A stretch of DNA of 48,717 bases. Source: a virus. Lineage: Duplodnaviria > Caudoviricetes. The notes beneath the pieces were generated by a model. It did not search any database. It saw only the letters and a list, made by a program, of their open reading frames with translations, and was not told the origin of the DNA. Position 1 is the stretch's first letter. Each line of letters begins with the position of its first letter. Of this stretch, positions 45,822 to 48,717 are shown one piece after another. A program made the position numbers and the translations under genes. Where the stretch lies: the IMG/VR virus record IMGVR_UViG_3300020718_000016, positions 1 to 48,717 of that record. The stretch is one strand, 5' to 3'.

Positions 45822-46370
45822 TTAAGCGTCTGTTGATGCAGTATTTGTCCAGTATTGGTATGCAAATGTTACTGAGTATTCTTCAATAGTATCATTTGAA
45901 CTCCAATCTAAATCAATTGGCGCTACATCTAACGGGAACATACCAACAAACTTATATGTGTTAATTGCTGAGCCAGTTTTACCATATTGAGTAACTGTTG
46001 CATCAACTGTATAACTTGTTGGACTTGTTGCCGAAGCACTGCGAACATTGCCTGCGTGACTATTAAGAGCACTCATCCAAGATTCCATAGAATTGCGAAT
46101 CAAGAAATCTTCATCGTTAATAATCTGTAATGTCCAGTCAGCAAAGGTACGATTACCGGCAAATTTCATTTCACGACCAAAGTAGTAAACTGGAACTTGA
46201 CCAACGGTTGAACCTGGTAACTGTGATGCTTTTGCCATAAATTGCAATTTTTGACCTGCAGCGGTTGCATTATTAGCAAACTGTGGTAATGTTAGAGTCA
46301 CTTGAAATAGATTGGGACGAGCACCGTCACCAATCATATTTGCTCTAAATTCTGCTACATTGAATGTCAT
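45822..46370 (-). CDS. 19: Tail tube protein gp19
   Basis: GARPNLFQV, AGNRTFADW, IEEYSVTFAYQYW. Confidence 0.95.
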   Translation of the reverse strand: MTFNVAEFRANMIGDGARPNLFQVTLTLPQFANNATAAGQKLQFMAKASQLPGSTVGQVPVYYFGREMKFAGNRTFADWTLQIINDEDFLIRNSMESWMSALNSHAGNVRSASATSPTSYTVDATVTQYGKTGSAINTYKFVGMFPLDVAPIDLDWSSNDTIEEYSVTFAYQYWTNTASTDA

Positions 46371-46398
46371 TGTTTTCTCCTATATCCTTGTTTATTTA

Positions 46399-48111
46399 TT
46401 AGAACTGGCCAACGACTTCAGTAAAGTCAACACCTGTTCTTACAGCAACAAAGTTCAACTGGATAAAGTTAATTGAACGAGCAGGTTTGACATAGATATC
46501 ACCAACAAACTGATTAGAATCAACAACTTGTGGAGTGTTGTTTGTAGAATCACAAACTACTTTAAAGTCATAGATACCACGGCGACCTTGAACATCACGA
46601 AGGAATGGAGTTACAAGAGCAACAAACTGTGCTTGTGTGAATGAATCGTTAAATTCAAACAATGAATACTTAGCAGCTTGAGCAATTGTTTTCTCTAATA
46701 CAATAAACAATCTACGAACGTTGATACGGTCAAATGCTGATGGTTTAGCTTGTAGTGTCTTATCACCATAAAGGATTGTTCCGTTAGATGGGAATGTTAC
46801 AACTGGATTGATACCAATAGAATACAACGAATCACGTTGAGTCTGATTTGGATTCCATGCCAATTTAACAACATTCTTCAGATTACCACGGTTGTAACCA
46901 GCAGGTGAGAACCATGGATCACGAACTGAATCGGTGTATACACAAAGACCAGCAGTATCACCGTTCAATGGTACCCAACGATAGGTGTTGTTATACTTGT
47001 CGAACATATACTTCCAACCACAATCAGCAACTGCGTAAGAAGTAGAACGAGCCAATGAAGTGTTCCAACTTTGAATGTTGGTAACTTCACTACCAGACTG
47101 GTTAACAACAGCAGAAGATGGAGGTGATACAAACGCTACACAATCTTTACGAGAGTTAGCAATATTATCAATTACATATTGTTGAACTGTTGTGCTATGG
47201 CCACCAGTCATTACCAATGAAATATTAACAGCATCGGCATTAGTAAACTGGCCATAAGAAGTAATACGGTCGCCGTCAACAGTTGCTGCATCTGAACCAG
47301 AACCTAAAGTAAATGTCTGTGCAGTAGAAACTGTGGCATAACTTGTATTGGCAAGTGGTTGACCCCAAGTAGAAGAAGTTGTTGCATAACTTACTGGATC
47401 AACTGCGTAGATATACTTAGAATTATTGAAAATATAATTCTTATAGTAGTTTGAGTTGCCCAAAGAATCGGTTGCATTTAAACCTTTAGACAAATACGGA
47501 AATACTTCTAATACGGTATTTTTAGCACCAGTAAATAGACCACCAGTATCCATCACAACAATATGAACTTCATCGTTTGCTGCGCCGGCAGCTGCAGCTT
47601 GTGTAGAAGTACCAGGAGCGCCATTTACATATCCAGAGATTGTTACGCCACCAATATTCCAAGAAGCGGAATAAGAAGCGGTATCAACCAAAGAAATGGT
47701 TAGTGAGTTACCTAAAGCACCTGGATAACGAGCCATGAAAGCACCATAGGCGTTATTATTATTACTTGTTAAGTAAGTAGCTTGAAATACATCTTCATTA
47801 GCAACTTGAATGTTGTTGCCTGTTGTGTTTGCGTCAGCATTGTATGAAGCATTGTTGGCTGAACGAACAACTTGAAGATTGTTACCATAAGCTAAGAAAG
47901 AAGCTGCGGTAAAAAATGAAACATAAGTGTTAGAATCTGGATTACCAAATATTTTTGCTAAGGTAATTTCGGAATCAACTAAAATTCGTTTATTTACTGG
48001 ACCCCATTGAAAATTTCCAGCAAAGGCACCGGCAGTAGTTAGTACCGAAGGAACGACTGTTGTTAAGTCGACTTCGGAAACGTTTACGCCTGGAGAGATT
48101 TGAAACGCCAT
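46399..48111 (-). CDS. 18: Tail sheath protein gp18
   Basis: SPGVNVSEVD, PWFSPAG, RINVRRLF, KPARSINFI. Confidence 0.97.
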   Translation of the reverse strand: MAFQISPGVNVSEVDLTTVVPSVLTTAGAFAGNFQWGPVNKRILVDSEITLAKIFGNPDSNTYVSFFTAASFLAYGNNLQVVRSANNASYNADANTTGNNIQVANEDVFQATYLTSNNNNAYGAFMARYPGALGNSLTISLVDTASYSASWNIGGVTISGYVNGAPGTSTQAAAAGAANDEVHIVVMDTGGLFTGAKNTVLEVFPYLSKGLNATDSLGNSNYYKNYIFNNSKYIYAVDPVSYATTSSTWGQPLANTSYATVSTAQTFTLGSGSDAATVDGDRITSYGQFTNADAVNISLVMTGGHSTTVQQYVIDNIANSRKDCVAFVSPPSSAVVNQSGSEVTNIQSWNTSLARSTSYAVADCGWKYMFDKYNNTYRWVPLNGDTAGLCVYTDSVRDPWFSPAGYNRGNLKNVVKLAWNPNQTQRDSLYSIGINPVVTFPSNGTILYGDKTLQAKPSAFDRINVRRLFIVLEKTIAQAAKYSLFEFNDSFTQAQFVALVTPFLRDVQGRRGIYDFKVVCDSTNNTPQVVDSNQFVGDIYVKPARSINFIQLNFVAVRTGVDFTEVVGQF

Positions 48112-48163
48112 TTTTTATCTCCTTGATATTATGATTATTTTGGCAGTTATGATACCATACGGA

Positions 48164-48171
48164 TATTTATG
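48164..48171 (-). promoter_or_regulatory. T4-type late promoter (CATAAATA)
   Basis: Upstream of gene 18. Confidence 0.65.
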
Positions 48172-48189
48172 AAAGGCCATATTTAGAGA

Positions 48190-48717
48190 TTAACGGTGTA
48201 ATTCTCTGATATAACCTGCATAAGTTTCACCGGAATCTGCTTTTTCCCACACATCTCCACCTTCCACCATAAAACTATGCTCTAATCCATCTTCAATAAT
48301 AGGTGCCGGTAAGGTTTCTTCATCATATTGATTCATTGTTTCCAGTTGAAGTTGCTTACGGACATCATGAGCCACAATTTCTCTAAAGTATTTCTGAGTG
48401 GTTGCCCAAGAGAACATGACCAAACCCATCACCATATCGTCATTGGCATCTTCTTCAGCGGCAAAAGAACTCTTGCTAGCAACAAAAGTAGTCAATTCTG
48501 AAATAGTATCAAAATCATTAATGACTAACTTATTACCTTCAATCAATGTTTTTAGGTTAGAACAACCAATTCTCTTAACCTGAGTAGACATTTTAAGACC
48601 CATCTGAACACCTCTGGCAAAACCAGCTGAAAGTTGTTGTGGTTTCTTATTACCTGTGAATATTTTCCATAAATTTTCGTATTCAAGGTCTTGGTGTAGA
48701 ATATCGGCAACCTGTGG
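48190..48717 (-). CDS. 17: Terminase large subunit gp17, C-terminal part (5' end outside the window)
   Basis: Frame is open to the window end: DLEYENL...KRIGCSNLKTLIE...DDMVM. Confidence 0.92.
   Translation of the reverse strand, partial: PQVADILHQDLEYENLWKIFTGNKKPQQLSAGFARGVQMGLKMSTQVKRIGCSNLKTLIEGNKLVINDFDTISELTTFVASKSSFAAEEDANDDMVMGLVMFSWATTQKYFREIVAHDVRKQLQLETMNQYDEETLPAPIIEDGLEHSFMVEGGDVWEKADSGETYAGYIRELHR

Noticed and set aside
1-48717. CRISPR array, integrase, IS element or alternative genetic code
   Set aside because: No spaced repeats or transposase/integrase motifs were seen; core genes translate full-length with the standard code

Overview
A 48.7 kb, AT-rich fragment of a T4-like (cyanomyovirus-style gene order) lytic myophage genome. 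Nearly all genes are on the minus strand. From right to left it holds the head and tail module (17 partial, 18, 19, 20, 67-like, 68-like, 21, 22, 23, 3), then uvsY, a uvsW split in two by a free-standing HNH gene, 55, 47 and 46. The replication module follows (45, 44, 62, regA, 43, uvsX, 40-like, 41), carrying three further homing endonuclease genes, peptide deformylase, two DUF4338/DruA-like paralogues, a DUF5664 dNTP pyrophosphatase, a glycosyltransferase and a 2OG-Fe(II) oxygenase. An accessory island between regA and 43 has hsp20 with a ROSE-like leader, speD, a zinc peptidase, a tRNA array with embedded structured RNAs, rubrerythrin and rubredoxin. The left end has an 8-gene glycosylation cluster and two His-rich, probably capsid-targeted enzymes: a ligase-like protein and a HIGH-nucleotidyltransferase/kinase fusion, the latter hosting a nested gene. 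No photosynthesis genes are seen; a heterotrophic proteobacterial host is only an inference. All family calls come from recognising motifs by eye, not from database searches.
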